Assembly: GCF_000143415.4 (NCBI RefSeq)
Contig: NW_003314263.1
Coordinates: 2,010,749-2,074,748 of the forward strand
Direction of reading: 5' to 3'
DNA length: 64,000 bases
DNA from: Selaginella moellendorffii
Taxonomy: Eukaryota > Plantae > Lycopodiophyta
Shown here: piece by piece, positions 34,668-46,768 of the stretch
Layout of the letters: every line of letters begins with the position of its first letter
How positions within the stretch are numbered: position 1 is the first letter of the stretch
The notes under the pieces: model-generated
The model's database searches: none
Told to the model about the DNA's origin: nothing
What the model saw: the letters and a program-made list of their open reading frames with translations, nothing else
Translations under genes and position numbers: made by a program

Positions 34668-37313
34668 ATGAATGCGCTCTCCAGCGGCGGCGCTCAATCC
34701 AGCTTCCACGATCTAGATCACTGCGCGCCTAGAATTCCCGGCGGTGGAGCTGGAAAATGCGCCTCCGCCGGGCGCCTGCGAAGATCCGGCTTCAAATCCT
34801 TGCAGCTAGTTCTTGGAAGGTGTAGATTATGCGGCCGCGGCGTCGGATTATCGTCATCGATCGGCCTCCGAGCGCTTCGCTCCAATCGAATCGGTACGTT
34901 TTGCTCGCTCGCGGTGAATAAGGTAGCTAGTAGCAGTAGCAATGGAAGTAGCAGGGCTTTAACTCTAGAAGAACGTAGGGACGTGCGTCAGCTCCTCCAG
35001 ATCGTCGAGAGCAGCTCCAGATTAGGATTCTCGATGAAATGGAACGGCCAGCTCTCGCAGAGACTCGTGGGGGTGATTCTACATATGGTGAAAAATGGAG
35101 AGTCCGCGATGGTTTTCTTCGGCTGGGCTGGAACGAGGCAGGATTTCAGGCACACTGTCCACACATACAATTGTTTCTACGAGGCTCTCATCCGGACTGG
35201 CCAGTGTGAGGAAGCATACAGGCTTTTCAAGGAGAAGTGGCCGCAGGAGCTTATACCCGATTCTATCACCTATGGTATACTGATTCGGGGGCTATGCAAC
35301 TTTGGAAAGCTGAAGCTGGCGTGTAGTCTGTATGAGGAGATGGTGGATCGAGGACTCAGGCCGGTGGTTCTTACGTGCAAGTTTCTTCTCAACGCGCTGT
35401 GCAAGTCCGGGAATCTAGAGTTGGCACTCCGCTACTTTGAGAAAATGTCCAGCATTCCGTGTGCTGCGACGTGGACTATTCTCATAGACGGGCTTTTCAG
35501 GGCGATCAGAGTCGACGAGGCTTGCTACTACTTCGAAGAGATGAAGCATACCGCGATTCCAAACAACTGGACTTACACGGTGGTTATAAATGGCCTCGTG
35601 AAGGCTGGGAAAGTAGCAGAAGCGGAACGGGTTCTCCAGGAGATGCCGGTCCCGACGCTCGCGAATTACACCTCAGTCATCGGTGGACACTGCAAAGCCG
35701 GTGATATGGGAAAAGCTTACCATCTTCTCGAGGACATGAAACGCAAGGGTTACCAGGGCGACAACCTTACGTACAACACGCTCATTCATGGACACTGCAG
35801 GCTGCAAGAGATTGACAGGGCATACGAGCTGCTAGAGGAGATGAAAAGTAACGATTTTGTTCCAGACATCTTCACTTATGACATCCTCATTGCTGGTCTT
35901 TGTAGAGCAAAGCGGCTGAGCGAGGCTCGCGACCTTTTGGGAACTCTACGCAATGAAGATGACTGTACTCCCAACGTTGTTTCCTACAACACCCTGATCG
36001 ATGGCTTTTCCAAAGCCGCCCGTGTCAACGACGCTTATCAGCTCTTTCTAGAGATGGTCACAGCAGGACAACATCCCGATGTAGTGACTTACAGCACTCT
36101 CATCCGAGGACTTTGCAACGCTGGAAGAGCATCCGAAGCCCACTCGTATCTGGAAGAAATGGTTGGCAAGAAAATCTTACCAAAAGTTCCAGTTTACAGC
36201 TCTGTCATCTCTGGGCTTTGTAGAGCAGGCGAGTTGGATGCTGCTTCAACTGTTTTCGACAGTATGGTTGCGAACGGTTGCCAACCAAATCTCGCTGTCT
36301 ACAACTCCCTCATCTACGGGCTGTGCAAGACGGGCAGACTCTGTGATGCAAAGTTGCGCGTGAAGGAGATGACTGAAAGAGGCTGCTCACCGGATGGTGT
36401 CACGTATGGAACACTGATAGTGGGGCTTTGCCGATGGAGCAGAACAGACGAAGCATGTGACCTTTACGTCCGATCACTGGAACAGGGAATCGAAATCAGT
36501 GAAACAAGCTGCAACGTTGTCATAGCCAGCCTCCGCTGTCTTGAGCAAGCTCAACGTGTTCTTCGCGTCGTTCTTGCTACGGGGAATTCTCCAACGGCTT
36601 TTTTCTACGCGACTGTGATCGAGAGCCTCTGCAAAGAGAACAACTTAGCGGAAGCTCGTCAGCTACTTGAAGATATGATCGGAGCAGGAATCAAGCCGGA
36701 TGGCTCTACAGTTGACGCTCTGGTCGGAGCGATGTGTCGTCAAGATAAGGCCGTCGTAGCCATGGCTTTTCTTGAGGAAATGGTGAGGCTCGGTTCCAAA
36801 CCTTCAGTTGGTACGTACAGCACACTCTTGAACGCTCTCTTCAAAGCAGGGAAGCCAAGCGAAGCTCATGTGGTCCTTCGAAGGCTGATAAGCCACACCA
36901 GTTGTTTCCCCGACGAACTCTGGTACGTTGGCCTGATCGCTGCTTACTCAAACCAGGATCAGGTGGAGGAGGCCCGTAACGTCCTCCAGGAGCTGAAAAG
37001 CAAGTGGGGAATCCAAAGCATAGTTGCATACAACACCCTCTTGAAAGGACTTTTCAGGACGCGGAACCTTCAGATGGTTTACGAGCTTCTCAGGGAGATG
37101 AAGAGGAACGAGTTCGTGGTGAATGAGGCTACTTTCAACATTCTGATTCAAGGATTCTGTCGGCTGGGACAGACCGACCGAGCTGTGCGAGTTCTCTCCG
37201 AGATGAAGAAGGTGCTTACTCCCAGCGCTGCTATCATCAAGTTCCTCGTGGATGAACTCGCGAGAGCTGAAAGAGAACAAGAGTCCAAGGATCTTGTCAA
37301 GCGTCCGGTGTGA
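34668..37313 (+). CDS. P-class pentatricopeptide repeat protein, intronless, probable organelle transit peptide
   Basis: Many tandem ~35 aa motifs (PDSITYGILIRGLC, PNVVSYNTLIDGF, PDVVTYSTLIRGLC); no E/DYW domain; start codon choice uncertain. Confidence 0.93.
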   Translation: MNALSSGGAQSSFHDLDHCAPRIPGGGAGKCASAGRLRRSGFKSLQLVLGRCRLCGRGVGLSSSIGLRALRSNRIGTFCSLAVNKVASSSSNGSSRALTLEERRDVRQLLQIVESSSRLGFSMKWNGQLSQRLVGVILHMVKNGESAMVFFGWAGTRQDFRHTVHTYNCFYEALIRTGQCEEAYRLFKEKWPQELIPDSITYGILIRGLCNFGKLKLACSLYEEMVDRGLRPVVLTCKFLLNALCKSGNLELALRYFEKMSSIPCAATWTILIDGLFRAIRVDEACYYFEEMKHTAIPNNWTYTVVINGLVKAGKVAEAERVLQEMPVPTLANYTSVIGGHCKAGDMGKAYHLLEDMKRKGYQGDNLTYNTLIHGHCRLQEIDRAYELLEEMKSNDFVPDIFTYDILIAGLCRAKRLSEARDLLGTLRNEDDCTPNVVSYNTLIDGFSKAARVNDAYQLFLEMVTAGQHPDVVTYSTLIRGLCNAGRASEAHSYLEEMVGKKILPKVPVYSSVISGLCRAGELDAASTVFDSMVANGCQPNLAVYNSLIYGLCKTGRLCDAKLRVKEMTERGCSPDGVTYGTLIVGLCRWSRTDEACDLYVRSLEQGIEISETSCNVVIASLRCLEQAQRVLRVVLATGNSPTAFFYATVIESLCKENNLAEARQLLEDMIGAGIKPDGSTVDALVGAMCRQDKAVVAMAFLEEMVRLGSKPSVGTYSTLLNALFKAGKPSEAHVVLRRLISHTSCFPDELWYVGLIAAYSNQDQVEEARNVLQELKSKWGIQSIVAYNTLLKGLFRTRNLQMVYELLREMKRNEFVVNEATFNILIQGFCRLGQTDRAVRVLSEMKKVLTPSAAIIKFLVDELARAEREQESKDLVKRPV

Positions 37314-37606
37314 CGGACACGTATTTGCTCGAGCTGGCCCGGTACGAGTTCTCCCACACCTACTTATCTTTGGTACTCTACTTTCTCAGTGGCTGCAAAG
37401 TCCGTGGAGGTTCGTTCCTTGGCTACAAATCTTGAGGTACCATTTTCTTTTTCCTTCTTACGAGAAGTAAAAGTCAAGCATTTCGTTACAGGATCTGATC
37501 AGCTGCTATATCTGTAACAGTCCGAATCTCAATCGTGGCCATTTCATCCGACGGCCTTCTAAAGAGGAGATTTTTCTTCGAGGACTGTCGTAAGCACTAC
37601 GGGGAA

Positions 37607-38346
37607 ATGGCGACTTTCCTCGCTGCTCTAGTAGCATCGGCGATCTTCCTTGTAGAGGCTCACACAGCAGCATCGGCAGCACGATCTTTGCTGGACGTAA
37701 GCTCGCCGGACATCAATTTCCAGACTATCATTCCAGCCTGGGTGGATTCCTATGACAGCCCCTACGTTTCGGTCTCGGCCACTTTCGGCTCTCGAGCAGT
37801 CACCACCACGGGCCAGATGTTCAAGCAAGCTGATACTCAAAAGCCTCCAGTGGTGAGCATCTCAGACATCCACGCCAAGAAAGGAGATCTCTTCACGCTA
37901 CTTATGGTGGATCCGGATGCTGTCAGTCCCGAGAAACCAATCTACAGGAACGTCTTGCACTGGATCGTCACAAACATTCCGACAGGAACAAAAGGTACTT
38001 ATCTTTTCTTTTCATTTCTATCATTCCAGGAACTTAGATTGCGAAACACTTAGATGTATTCAAGCACGGTACAAACACGGCCTCCTATGCTGGCCCTTCG
38101 CCTCCTATGGGTGTCCATCGCTACTACATTCTCGTTTTCAAGCAGGTACTAGATTGCTCTCCAAGTTTCTAGCGGGAACTCTATGATTCTAGGCTCACCC
38201 TCGCGTTGCAGAAGGGTAAGATCACGGCTGGCAAGATCACGAGAAGGCAGCAATTCAGCGTTCGTAAGTTCTCGGACGAGTACTCTCTCGGCTTCCCTGT
38301 TGGTGGAGTCTACTTCACAGTGGAGGCAGGTGTAAAGGTTCTTTGA
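37607..38346 (+). CDS. PEBP family protein (MFT/FT/TFL1-related) with N-terminal signal-peptide-like extension; exons 37607-37994, 38054-38145, 38212-38346
   Basis: FTLLMVDPDAVSP..LHWIVTNIP; YAGPSPPMGVHRYYILVFKQ; RQQFSVRKFSDEYSLGFPVGGVYF; GT-AG introns join in frame. Confidence 0.9.
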
Positions 38347-38527
38347 TTTGAACAAGCTAACAAAACCATGGGAAGTAAATAAGCCTCAGGAAATCTAAAG
38401 AAGTTTTCACTTACAAAAGCGTGCAGTGCCTGGAAAAATCTAGCTGCGCCGATTCGTTCTTTACGTAACTTCGACCACAAAGAATTTACTGTACAGAAAG
38501 AATGCTCGTACCTACAAGCTATACCTC

Positions 38528-39677
38528 TCACGTTGCGTGCGTGAATATGGCTTCCACTCGATCTAGCGATGCACTGAGATGTCCCAGATCCAATCCCACC
38601 GGAGGTTCTCCCACTCCCATGGACCTGTCACAAAATTCCCCCAAGCTTTTAATGGCGAGAAGACAAAGCAAGAGTGAGTACTCACCCATGAACATCGGGT
38701 AGGACGTATTCCGCGTTCCATCCAACTCTAACATCAAACCCGGGACAGATTGCCAGTCTTGTCTTTTGCTTGATTTGCGCTGGCCAACAATCGCCCAGGG
38801 ACGATGTCACTCTCCATTTCCAGCCACTTTTTCTGCTGCGAAAGTCGTGTCCTAGCCCAACCTGGGAGAAGGCAAAGTCGATAAGAACTTACTCTTGGAA
38901 GATATTCGTACCTGGAAACTTAGGAGCGGTCCAATCGGGATTTTCCTTGTGATGAGCCGGATATCTCCTTGCTTGGGCTCAAACATGAGCTTCCACTTTG
39001 GATCGTTCCCGACGGGCTTGAGCACGATCTTGGTGTTGCACCCGTGCTCTTGGATCCCATCAAACTGTGGCAAAACCAAAGAAAAAGCTTTTAGCAGATC
39101 AAAGGACCAAAGAAAATCGAAGGAGCGCTCTACTGACTTCCATCCTTTTTTATGTTCTAGTACCTCATCTCTTACTACCTCAAAGTTGGCACCAAGCTGG
39201 TACCCCTCCATTTGCTGCCGGAATTTCACTCGCAGCTCCTTTGGCGTCCAGTTTATCCGATACAAATCCTTCCAAGAGATTTCGTCGCTGGATGATGTGG
39301 AATCGGTGCCTGGGAGCTCTCCATTCGCGCTCTGGAAGAAATCTAGCTAGCATCAGCACAAGATTTAAGAGATTTCACGCACTATACCTGTCTAGAAGAC
39401 CTCAGCGCTTGTATTTCGGGGCTCTCATTCACGAGCTTGTGGATTCCCGAGATCGCCCTGTCGACATGCCGGCCTAGAGCGCTCTGGAGACTCCCCAGCC
39501 GACCTCCAGCTCCATCCTTGCGCCTGGAATCCACGCAGAAATCGCATTCCCCATCCAAACACACGCAACAGAGAGATTCAACCTCGACGCCGACGCGCGC
39601 GCTGGAGATGATTGCGATTGCGATTGCGATTGCGATGCCGCAGCGTTGGCAGCGCCGCGATTCCGGCCGCGCTCCAT
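38528..39677 (-). CDS. ORG4-like (OBP3-responsive gene 4 family) protein, multi-exon
   Basis: SWKDLYRINWTPKELRVKFR, KIVLKP..WKLMFEP, VGLGHDF..GWKWR and LSASLDRVEAIFTH resemble the recalled ORG4 sequence; in-frame splice model from ATG 39677. Confidence 0.72.
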
Positions 39678-39747
39678 CTCGACCGATCAGCTGCATGCTT
39701 TCATTGCGTCTAATCTAAAGAGTACAAACCCTACATTTTTTATTGTT

Positions 39748-39899
39748 TCCCAGGGATTCGAACCTGGAATCGGTCTCACCCCAGGAATCGATCCCGAGAC
39801 CTCGTTAAGATTGTACGCCCAAGGAATCGATCCCCAGACCGCCTACGTTTATTTTACCGCGAATCGGTCTCGCCCAAGGAATCGAACTCGAGGCCTCGT
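39748..39899 (-). promoter_or_regulatory. Cluster of four tRNA T-arm / B-box-like motifs in a bidirectional promoter
   Basis: Minus-strand GGTTCGAATCC, GGATCGATTCC twice and AGTTCGATTCC, each in a short stem, flanked by telo-box-like AAACCCTA and TAGGGTT. Confidence 0.55.
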
Positions 39900-39931
39900 A
39901 AAACCTGGGTTTAGGGTTCTTGCTCGCGGGA

Positions 39932-40483
39932 ATGAGGCCACTGGACGAGCAAGAGACGACGGTGGTGTTTGAGAAGCTCCACAAATTCGTGGGCGCCAAT
40001 CTCCGGCAGATCGTGGAGCGCAAGGACGCCATCACATCTAGCAGGTATTGCTTTCGCCTCCACAAGCAGCGCGTCTACTACGTGAGCGAGGATCTCGTCA
40101 AGAAGGCCACCAATGTGTCGCGGGAGAAGCTCGTCTCGCTGGGCACTTGCATCGGCAAATACACCAAGAGCGGCAAATTCCATCTCACCATCACTTGCCT
40201 CGATCTCCTGGCGGCGCATTCCAAGCACAAGATTTGGCTCAAGCCCTCGGCGGAGATGTCCTTTCTCTACGGCAATCACGTCCTCAAGAGCGGACTTGGA
40301 AGGATCACCGAGAACACCCCGCAGTACGAAGGGGTTGTGATCTATTCCATGTCCGATGTGCCGCTGGGATTCGGGCTGGCTGCGAAATCCACGCACGATT
40401 GCAGGAAGCTGGATCCAAACGACATCGTCGCCCTGCACCAGGCGGATGTGGGAGAGTACCTCCGGCTGGAAGACGATGTGTGA
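39932..40483 (+). CDS. NIP7: 60S ribosome subunit biogenesis protein NIP7 (PUA domain)
   Basis: [14 protein letters not shown]; [17 protein letters not shown]; [17 protein letters not shown]; [10 protein letters not shown]. Confidence 0.96.
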   Translation: MRPLDEQETTVVFEKLHKFVGANLRQIVERKDAITSSRYCFRLHKQRVYYVSEDLVKKATNVSREKLVSLGTCIGKYTKSGKFHLTITCLDLLAAHSKHKIWLKPSAEMSFLYGNHVLKSGLGRITENTPQYEGVVIYSMSDVPLGFGLAAKSTHDCRKLDPNDIVALHQADVGEYLRLEDDV

Positions 40484-40673
40484 TTTTTTAGGGTTCTTCC
40501 ATGTCATCTCGTTGCCGTTGGATCGACGCCCGATCCAACGGCTGAAACGTAACCCTTATGGCGCGGGTTCGAATCCCTATCCAGCGAATATTAAAACCCC
40601 CTGTTTATTTCCTGCAAACCCTTGTTCTTCCGCCATAGCCAGGAGCTTCGGATCGCAGATCGTCGACGGCGCC

Positions 40674-41979
40674 ATGGGAATGGAGAAGGAGCGCGAATGC
40701 TTTGTCTATATGGCCAAGCTTGCCGAGCAAGCAGAGCGCTACGACGGTGAGCTCCTGGATCGATGCGATAATCTCGCGCCTTCGATTCCTCGGATCTGTG
40801 CGTGACTCTTGTCTATTTCCCCGCAGAAATGGTCGAATCCATGAAGAAGGTCGCCAAGCTCGATGTGGAGCTCACCGTGGAGGAGCGAAATCTCCTGTCC
40901 GTGGGGTACAAGAACGTTATCGGCGCACGGAGAGCGTCGTGGCGGATCTTGTCCTCGATCGAGCAAAAGGAGGAGAGCAAAGGCAACGAGCAAAACGTGA
41001 AGCGGATCGGCGACTACCAGCAGAAGGTAGAGGACGAGCTCTCCACGATTTGCAATGACATTCTCACCATCATCGACGAGCATCTAGTCCCCGCATCTAG
41101 CACCGGGGAGTCTACGGTGTTCTATTACAAGATGTGAGTAGCGATACTTTTCTTTTTTTTTTTGCTCTTGTCCTTTTGGGTCTTGACTTGTTCTTATCAA
41201 CAGGAAAGGAGACTACTTCCGTTATCTCGCGGAGTTCAAGACCGGTAACGAAAGAAAGGAGGCGGCCGATCAATCATTCAAGGCTTACCAGGTAAGCTCG
41301 CAAATCTCTTTGCGTGATCGTTGTTTTGGTTTCTATAAGTTTTGGGTGTGCGTTGTTTCAGGCCGCCACTGATACTGCTTCGACCGATCTGCCTCCTACG
41401 CATCCAATTCGGCTTGGGCTGGCACTGAACTTCTCAGTTTTCTACTACGAGATACTCAACTCGCCAGATCGGTGAGAGCGCCTCGTCCTCTTTTTAGTTT
41501 TCTCCACTTCAACTGACTTTGTGGCTTTGTTTCGCTGTTGCAACAGCGCTTGCCAGCTAGCCAAGCAAGCTTTTGACGATGCGATCGCGGAGCTGGACAC
41601 GCTCAGCGAAGAATCCTACAAGGACAGCACTTTGATCATGCAGCTTCTCAGAGACAACTTGACGCTGTGGACGTCGGATCTACAGGAAGACGGAGGTTCG
41701 TGAAACTTCTGTTTTTTTCTTTTTCTTTTCTCTGTTCCTGCGAACCTATCCTCAACTAAATGTGTTGTTGCGAATCCAGTTGAGGATGCGTCCAAAGGAG
41801 AGATAACTGGCAAGCCCGAACCTGAGGTAATGCGTGCGTGAGACGAATTTTCGAGTGGCACCAGCAAAAGCTCTCCTTTTTTTTACTTCCTCTCTTCTCT
41901 GTTCATTCTGGGGCCTCCTCTCTCTCTCTCTCTCGCGCGCTCTCTTTTTCTCGCTACTGTTCACCAGTGTCTCTTCTAA
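40674..41979 (+). CDS. 14-3-3 protein (epsilon-like, 6-7 exons); last exon uncertain (stop at 41841 if unspliced)
   Basis: [11 protein letters not shown]; [25 protein letters not shown]; [11 protein letters not shown]; [20 protein letters not shown]; [20 protein letters not shown]. Confidence 0.96.
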
Positions 41980-43713
41980 TCACAAGTCTTCTAGCGTGCT
42001 ATGCACTTGAGGTCATTTTCCTTGTGTGATTTCGCTTTTGGCTTTTTTTTTTCCTGTTCTTTCCTTTTCTTTTCACTGTGGAGGGAGAGAGATGATCAAC
42101 ACCACAGTAGCTAATGTTGTTGGTGACGCTACGCTACACACTCTGGGAATTTCCTTATTGCTTTCTCGATAGAGAAGAGGGGGACTATATACTTACCAGT
42201 CCAATCCAATGCTACTCTCGCGAAATGAAAAAAATGGAAGCTCTTTGAATAACTGGTGTGTCAAGACTTTTGTTTGCTTGGTGACAAAAGAACGAGAACA
42301 GAGAAATTTCATCCTTGATTTCATAGATAAGATTGGGTAGCTATTCTTTCGGGCGTTGATCATGTCCGAAAAACCATAGTAGCTGGCCAAGAGAGAAAGC
42401 ACGTAGCGACGAAACAAAAGCTCGCAATCTCGCCCGACGTGGGCTGGCGGGAAAACGAGAAAATTTTATAAAAAAAACGTTTAAAGAGAAAGAGAGCGAG
42501 CAAACCGCCGACGTCGTGTGCCCTGACGCCAGCGTGGCGTCATCGTGGCACGTGTGCACATCGTCCGTTGCCGGACGCATCCGGCCGTCCCCGCCCACTG
42601 CGCGCCAAAAATCTTTTCAAACTTTTAATTTCTCTTAGTATTTTTCCGGTAGTGTTTTCTTTTTTTGCTAGCAGAGGCTCATGATGGGCCGCGTGCGCCT
42701 GCGTCAGAACCCGCACATGCGCCGCGCAGGCGGCGCCGCGTCTCCCCGGGGAGCCGTCCGATCGGGTGACAGCAGCCGTCGGATCCACCACGTGTCCTGG
42801 CACGTCAGCCGGCTTTTTTGCCACGTCAGAGTGACACGAGCCCTAATTCTCTCGCGGGTGATCTGGATGCGAATTGAAAAAAAATCCTGGGCAGCGAAAC
42901 CCTAATTTAATCCCGGAGCAGCGATGAACAGGCGAGCAATGCAACAAAGAGGACAGAACGTGGGGTCCCCACTTTTCCCTCTATCTTTCTTTTCTCTCTC
43001 TTTCTCTCACTCTCTCTTTGTTTTTTTTCTCCTCCCCTCTTGTGGATCACTCGCTCTCTCTAGGAAGCTCCGCTTTCTTCTTCTTCTTCCTAGATTGTAA
43101 CCTCGGGCCAGTTCTTCTTCGTCGAGAGGAGCCCATCCCTCCCATGGCCCGTGATTATCCATCGCCGCCGCGTCGCAGTCTCGCTGGTATATGATAGATC
43201 TGTGTGGCAGCGTCGCCGCTTTAAATTCTCTCCACCACCGCCAATTGCCCAAATCCTTCTTCCTGCCACCACAATGCCGCGCCCTTCCTCCACCAGTGAG
43301 TGATTGCTCTTGAGCGCTCGTCACTTCCTCCTCGATCCTTGGCTGGCAATTCTCTTCTCCCTGGCGCTGGAATTCCTCGTTCCTTGATGGTGTTTAGGTG
43401 GCTCCTCATTGTGGCGGATGGCGGCGGCACCACGATCGCGGGGGCGAAGAATTTCCATCGCCGGAATCTATAGCGACGAACTAAAGTAGAATCTAAGATC
43501 GCTCCCTCTTCCCCGGGAGAGCGACACAATTCCAGGTCTAGACAAGAGCTTGGTGGGCGAGAGCGATAGAATTCTCCGGGGACTGGGCAAAGAGCTTGCT
43601 TGGTGGGCACGGCAGTCGGGCAGGGCATAGATTAGGGGGCTCCAGCATCCAGCACAGGCCAGAAAGAAGAATTCGCGAGAATTCGCGATCGCTGGGGTCC
43701 CAGGGAGGAGGAA

Positions 43714-44958
43714 ATGCGAGCAGCAAACTCCATGGATTCGTCGTCCACATCCTCGATCCAGGACCCCGGCGGTGGCGCGGCGCCGCCGGCCGCGCCACCG
43801 CCGCCCAAGAAGCCGCCGCCCAAGAGATCCTCCAACAAAGACCGCCACACCAAGGTGGAGGGGCGGGGGCGGCGGATCCGGATGCCCGCGACGTGCGCCG
43901 CGCGGATCTTCCAACTCACGCGGGAATTAGGTCACAAATCCGATGGCGAGACGATAGAGTGGCTGCTCCGCCACTCCGAGCAGGCCATCATCGCCGCTAC
44001 GGGCACCGGCACCATCCCCGCGCTGGCCATGCAAAGCGGCGGGCTGCTACTGCGCGGTAAGCCGCACGGCATGGCTGGGCTCTCGCGTAGCGGCAGCAGC
44101 ACCATCGACCAGGTACCGCGCGGCAGCACCGCCGAGTCGCGCGGTATGCCGCTGGGCTACACCGCGGCCAGCGGCGTGTACAGCCCGGCACTGCCGCCAC
44201 CGCCGGCGGCATCCAGCGTGGAGCGATCGGGCCTGTCGGCACCCGCTGGCTACGATCCAACCCATCACCACCCGCTCATGGCGTTCCAGCAGCTGGGGCC
44301 TTCCTCCGCGGAGCACGAGTCCCGGCCGTTGGATCCGGATGGAGAGGACGGCGACGATCAGGGCGGGAGGTTCGGCAAGAGGATCCGGGCGGACATTCCG
44401 TCTATTCCGATGCTGCTAGGCCACCAGCTCAAAGAAGACCCGGACGGCGGGAGACGGCAGGGGCATATACCGTCCCCACAACCAGGGCATATTCCGGCGC
44501 TATGGAACTCTCCCGCCATTTGGATGCTGCCCGCGAGCGAGCAGCAAGTGTGGTTCCCTTCCCCGGCGTCGTCCCAGATGTTTATTAGGGCTGGGGGATT
44601 GGATCTACCAAGCTCGGCGCTCTCGGCCATGGATTCCAGCAATTCCAACTCCAATTCCTCGAATCCGGCAATGGGCAGCCACAATCTCCACCACCACCTC
44701 TTGGGGCATATGAATTTGAGCTCGATGCAGCAGCCATCGTCCTCGTACGTGCTCTCCTCCATGCCGGCCTCCTCGTCCTCGATCGAGCACGGGCATCTGG
44801 GAATGCTGAGCGCGCTGAGCGCCTACACGAGGAACATGACGCAACAGCAAGAACAGCAGCATCAACACCACCAAGATCTAGGCGAGCACCATGGTCAGCA
44901 TCATCATCACCAGGGACGAGATCACAGCAACGAGGATCCCAGCTCTCACGAGCAATAG
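43714..44958 (+). CDS. Class I (PCF-type) TCP transcription factor, intronless
   Basis: [57 protein letters not shown]. Confidence 0.96.
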   Translation: MRAANSMDSSSTSSIQDPGGGAAPPAAPPPPKKPPPKRSSNKDRHTKVEGRGRRIRMPATCAARIFQLTRELGHKSDGETIEWLLRHSEQAIIAATGTGTIPALAMQSGGLLLRGKPHGMAGLSRSGSSTIDQVPRGSTAESRGMPLGYTAASGVYSPALPPPPAASSVERSGLSAPAGYDPTHHHPLMAFQQLGPSSAEHESRPLDPDGEDGDDQGGRFGKRIRADIPSIPMLLGHQLKEDPDGGRRQGHIPSPQPGHIPALWNSPAIWMLPASEQQVWFPSPASSQMFIRAGGLDLPSSALSAMDSSNSNSNSSNPAMGSHNLHHHLLGHMNLSSMQQPSSSYVLSSMPASSSSIEHGHLGMLSALSAYTRNMTQQQEQQHQHHQDLGEHHGQHHHHQGRDHSNEDPSSHEQ

Positions 44959-46768
44959 TTCTTTCGCGCGAAGATCAAATTGGATCATAGCAGCAGCAGC
45001 AGCAGCATTTTTGGGCACTGGAGAGATTTTTTTTTTTTTTCCCCCTTTCATCGTGCCTCGGCAAACACAGGTTTTGTGCGTTTCTCTCTCTTTCTCCCGG
45101 CCTGGTCTCTCATAAGCTCTTTCATATCGATCATTCTTTTTGACCCCGCGAAAAAGCACCAAAATCGAGGGTCTTCCAGAGGCGGTGTACATTATAAATT
45201 CTTTCCTATACAAATTCTTTTCAAGACAATTGTCACATTATTTTTTGTATTTTTCTCAAATTATATAAGTTTAAACTCAAATATTATTTTTTAAGCGTAG
45301 ATATTTTAGGAATATTTCCGAATCAGTGATTAATGCTTGGCATCGTGACACCTGCAAAAGCTAGCATACAAAGATTTTTCCATGGTTTGTGTTTGCTATG
45401 GTTACTAGACAAAGCAATGCAAGGGGTATCATTTCTCTCCACTAGCTAGACGCTACATTCACACACAAAGAATAGTGCGTTGGATCCAATGCACCATTCC
45501 AAACTTTACATCATTTTCTTTCTTTTCTCCTTTTCTTTTTGTGATCGACAGATCGATCGATGGATCGATCCTTGTGTCATAATCGGTTTCTTCCAACTTA
45601 CACGTTCGTTCGTTAGAACATCGAAAAAAACTATACGAAGATAAGCTATGGTTTTCTCCATTGTGGAATTCCGTGACACCAAACCTTGGCGTCGCTCTCG
45701 AGAAAGAAACGCCAAGAACACTGACGTGATGCGTTAACTCCTTTGCCTATCACCAAAAAAAATCCAATTTTAAAAGACTGGACGAGCTCGACACGATCAA
45801 ATGGAAATCCCTGCTAGCTTAATGGAATTCTTAGCTAATGACAACCATCGACATTCGAGTGTGCGCTACTTAAAAAATCCAAATGCGCTTACCGTCCGTG
45901 CTCGCTTGCTTGTGGACAAAGGAACAATGGGTGACAAAGATGGGCCTCCTCGTGTGTGTCTTTTGGTGGAGCTTGGGAGGCATGATTCCACCCATGAGAT
46001 TCCACTCCCGTGATCGATGGAGAGCTTTCGCAGTGGTGGTGAATTATTATCTCTGGTGTGTGCTACAGTCCTGGAAAGTTTCGATGAGTGAAACAGTCGC
46101 TAGATCTTGATCGAATATCACACGCAGGGCCAACTAGAACTAGACTCCAGAGGAGCACAGCTCCAGCCTACTCGAAAGAACTTTACGAAAACAATGCTTG
46201 GCAATCAAGTATAAGAATTCACAGGAAAGGATGGAACTGATTTAAAAGAGTAACAAAAGAAAGAACTTTACAGACTTGAGAGATGTGGTGTACAACTCAT
46301 GCAAGAAGTAAAGCAGGCAAGAATAGAAACAAAAGAAAGAGCGTACCTTCTTATCCCCCTCGAATTTTTCTTTCGATTCCTGGTTCGTTTGTTTGTGATT
46401 AAACGTTCTGACTCGTCACCTGGCTCAAAATCCAAACCTTGTCACTGCGTCCCATGTTCTTTCACAATGAAAAAAAACGAATGGAGAAATCTTCTTACTA
46501 CAGTTCTCGTACCGCTGGACAGCGTTGTCATTTTCACCCAATTCTTTTGCGCGATCTCATTGAATTGGCTCGCTTTCATGTGCCTCATGTGGATTCATGA
46601 CGAAGCTTCCTGCCAAAGTGAGCAAAGCCGAGCAACAAAGAAAGGAAGAACCATTAAAACCCAAGATAACGTAGTTAAAGTTCCCAAAGACGATAAATTC
46701 CACGCCTGGGAGAGTGATTGTTCTACGGTGATTTGTTCTTGCGACGCGGCAAAGCGCTTCTCATACTA

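Noticed and set aside
39748-39899. Intact tRNA genes
   Set aside because: Only variable-loop/T-arm-like halves; no D-arm, anticodon arm or paired acceptor stem could be built.
42960-42972. TCP autoregulatory site GTGGGGTCCCCAC
   Set aside because: Palindromic, but does not exactly fit the class I consensus GTGGGNCC.
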